Shown: positions 26,342 through 27,940 of the stretch, in pieces
Numbering within the stretch: position 1 is the first letter of the stretch
Layout: every line of letters starts with the position of its first letter
IMG/VR virus record: IMGVR_UViG_2778261462_000004
DNA: 27,940 nt
Source: a virus
Taxonomy: Duplodnaviria; Heunggongvirae; Uroviricota; Caudoviricetes
Strand: one strand, 5' to 3'
The notes under the pieces: generated by a model
Databases searched by the model: none
The model's input: the letters and a program-made list of their open reading frames with translations, nothing else
Told to the model about the DNA's origin: nothing
Translations under genes and position numbers: made by a program

Positions 26342-26751
26342 GACTTTGGCATTCCAAACATATGCGTTTTTGAGAGCATCACAACTTTAGCTCTGTCATC
26401 TGGCTCTTTACCCATCTCGTTACAAGTTGCGAGAGGCTGTTCGAGCACATAACCAAATGCTTTATGTTTATTCAGTACGTGCAATTCTTTAGTTGTTTTC
26501 ATGTAGGAATTCGGTACATCTTTTGTCCAAACATCCATGCAAATTCCTGAGCTTATGACCGCATCATAAATTTCAGGTGTAACTTGGTTTGCGTCCAAAA
26601 CGACAGTGACAATGTTATTACTTTCTTCTATTTCAATCGGTTGCCATAATTTTAGCTGCTTTTGCAAGGTTTTTACGTTATTCGTTTGGGCGTGGGCGGG
26701 GATAGACAGAAGAATGGCGACGACCGCAACTACCGATTTGAGGTTAAACAT
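26335..26751 (-). CDS. secreted/periplasmic protein of unknown function (138 aa), AT-rich moron
   Basis: Sec-type signal peptide MFNLKSVVAVVAILLSIPAHA-QT; AAGGA RBS 6 nt before ATG; candidate promoter (TTGTTT-17-TATAAA) upstream on the minus strand; AT-rich relative to the phage backbone by eye; two Cys in the mature part; no recognised family. Confidence 0.6.
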   Translation of the reverse strand: MFNLKSVVAVVAILLSIPAHAQTNNVKTLQKQLKLWQPIEIEESNNIVTVVLDANQVTPEIYDAVISSGICMDVWTKDVPNSYMKTTKELHVLNKHKAFGYVLEQPLATCNEMGKEPDDRAKVVMLSKTHMFGMPKSK

Positions 26752-26804
26752 GGAACATCCTTATTAAACATTGGGTTAAAAGTTGTTTATAACTCCTGCT
26801 GGAT

Positions 26805-26840
26805 GAAAAAACAAAGCCCCTGACGGGCAGGGGCTTTTTA
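26805..26840. terminator. hairpin with flanking A- and T-runs (bidirectional terminator-like), upstream of the moron
   Basis: GCCCCTG-acggg-CAGGGGC (26816-26834) preceded by GAAAAAACAAA and followed by TTTTT. Confidence 0.5.
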
Positions 26841-26960
26841 GTCAATGTGGACGCTATGTGGACAGCGTATGATATAAATCCATTTATATCATTATGTTAG
26901 GTGGTGTTTTCTGACACCATCCCTGTCTTCCCCCACATGCTGTGGGGGTTTTTTTTATCC
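26841..26960. other. candidate attR / prophage-host junction region (core not delimitable without attL)
   Basis: Tandem direct repeats TGTGGAC at 26846-26852 and 26857-26863 (resembling arm-type Int sites I recall for P2), 20-bp palindrome GATATAAATCCATTTATATC at 26871-26890, then an sRNA-like double hairpin; host fieF follows. Confidence 0.35.
26930..26956 (+). terminator. strong intrinsic terminator (CCCCCACA-tgc-TGTGGGGG + T8); possible 3' end of an sRNA or of the gene disrupted/abutted by integration
   Basis: 8-bp GC-rich stem, 3-nt loop, T8 tract read directly from sequence; no plus-strand CDS upstream of it within the window. Confidence 0.6.
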
Positions 26961-26984
26961 TCAATTTGCCTGCTGCTTAATGCA

Positions 26985-27011
26985 TTGCAGATGATTTGCT
27001 TCCGTTATACT
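26985..27011 (+). promoter_or_regulatory. candidate fieF promoter: -35 TTGCAG (26985-26990), 15-bp spacer, -10 TATACT (27006-27011)
   Basis: Hexamers read from sequence ~27 nt upstream of the fieF ATG. Confidence 0.3.
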
Positions 27012-27037
27012 AGCGTCAGTTGATAGCGGGAGTATTT

Positions 27038-27940
27038 ATGAATCAATCTTATGGACGGCTGGTCAGTCGGGCGGCGATTGCTGCGACGGCGATGGCTTCG
27101 CTGCTATTGCTGATTAAAATTTTTGCATGGTGGTATACCGGGTCGGTGAGTATTCTCGCCGCGCTGGTGGATTCGCTGGTGGATATCGGCGCGTCGTTGA
27201 CGAATTTATTGGTGGTGCGATATTCCCTGCAACCTGCCGACGATAATCACTCGTTTGGTCACGGTAAAGCTGAGTCCCTCGCGGCGCTGGCGCAAAGTAT
27301 GTTTATCTCCGGTTCGGCACTATTCCTGTTTTTGACGGGTATTCAACATCTGATATCTCCAACACCGATGACAGATCCAGGCGTCGGGGTTATCGTGACA
27401 ATTGTGGCGCTAATTTGTACGATTATCCTTGTCTCGTTTCAGCGTTGGGTGGTGCGGCGGACGCAAAGCCAGGCGGTGCGGGCTGATATGCTACATTACC
27501 AGTCTGATGTTATGATGAACGGCGCAATTCTGCTGGCGCTGGGGTTGTCCTGGTACGGCTGGCATCGCGCCGATGCTCTGTTTGCATTGGGAATCGGCAT
27601 CTATATTTTATATAGCGCGTTACGCATGGGATATGAGGCGGTACAGTCATTACTGGATCGCGCATTGCCTGATGAGGAACGGCAAGAAATTATTGATATC
27701 GTGACTTCCTGGCCGGGTGTTAGCGGCGCTCACGATCTTCGCACGCGGCAGTCAGGGCCGACCCGCTTTATTCAGATTCATTTGGAAATGGAAGACTCTC
27801 TGCCTTTGGTTCAGGCACATATGGTGGCGGATCAGGTAGAGCAGGCTATTTTACGGCGTTTTCCGGGATCGGATGTAATTATCCATCAGGACCCCTGTTC
27901 CGTCGTACCCAGGGAGGGTAAACGGTCTATGCTTTCATAA
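27038..27940 (+). CDS. fieF: cation-diffusion-facilitator family Fe/Zn efflux transporter FieF (YiiP), 300 aa, host gene
   Basis: GGGAG RBS; translation [49 protein letters not shown].. matches E. coli FieF as I recall it; six predicted TM helices and C-terminal cytoplasmic domain. Confidence 0.93.

Larger units (their letters stand above)
1..26960. mobile_element. P2-like (Peduovirus-type) prophage, near-complete; left end (attL) lies beyond the window start, right end approximate
   Basis: Complete P2 gene order in prophage orientation (int-C-cox-B-A-cos-Q-P-O-N-M-L-X-Y-K-lysBC-R-S-V-W-J-I-H-G-FI-FII-E-T-U-D-ogr); ORF sizes close to the P2 counterparts as I recall them; host gene fieF starts at 27038. 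Confidence 0.9.

Noticed and set aside
26760-27037. tRNA gene as integration target
   Set aside because: No tRNA-like cloverleaf (no conserved GTTC..A T-loop with acceptor-stem pairing) was evident in the junction region; the structured element looks like an sRNA/terminator instead.
1-27940. CRISPR array, insertion sequence or transposase
   Set aside because: No regularly spaced direct repeats and no transposase-like ORF seen anywhere in the window.

Overview
The window is almost entirely one P2-like (Peduovirus-type) prophage in its integrated orientation, followed by a host junction and the host cation-efflux gene fieF. The product calls rest on gene order, ORF sizes and recalled similarity to phage P2 proteins; nothing was checked against a database. 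Gene order runs: integrase (minus strand, stop at window positions 1-3), repressor C, Cox, B, four small early ORFs, replication initiator A, a cos site, portal Q and terminase P (minus strand), then the late morphogenesis and lysis genes O N M L X Y K lysB/lysC R S V W J I H G, FI FII E/E' T U D and ogr. The fieF protein looks E. coli-like, so the host is probably Escherichia. The left attachment site lies outside the window. The two loci where P2 carries old/tin and Z/fun are both compacted here and I found no recognisable multi-gene defence system. The three places most likely to hold something undescribed are: (1) an AT-rich, self-contained moron encoding a secreted 138-aa protein between ogr and the right attachment site; (2) an inverted, start-less tail-fibre C-terminal fragment between G and FI; (3) a small single-pass membrane ORF just after A. 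The right junction also carries tandem TGTGGAC repeats, a 20-bp palindrome and an sRNA-like double hairpin. No tRNA, rRNA, CRISPR array, transposase or invertase was seen.
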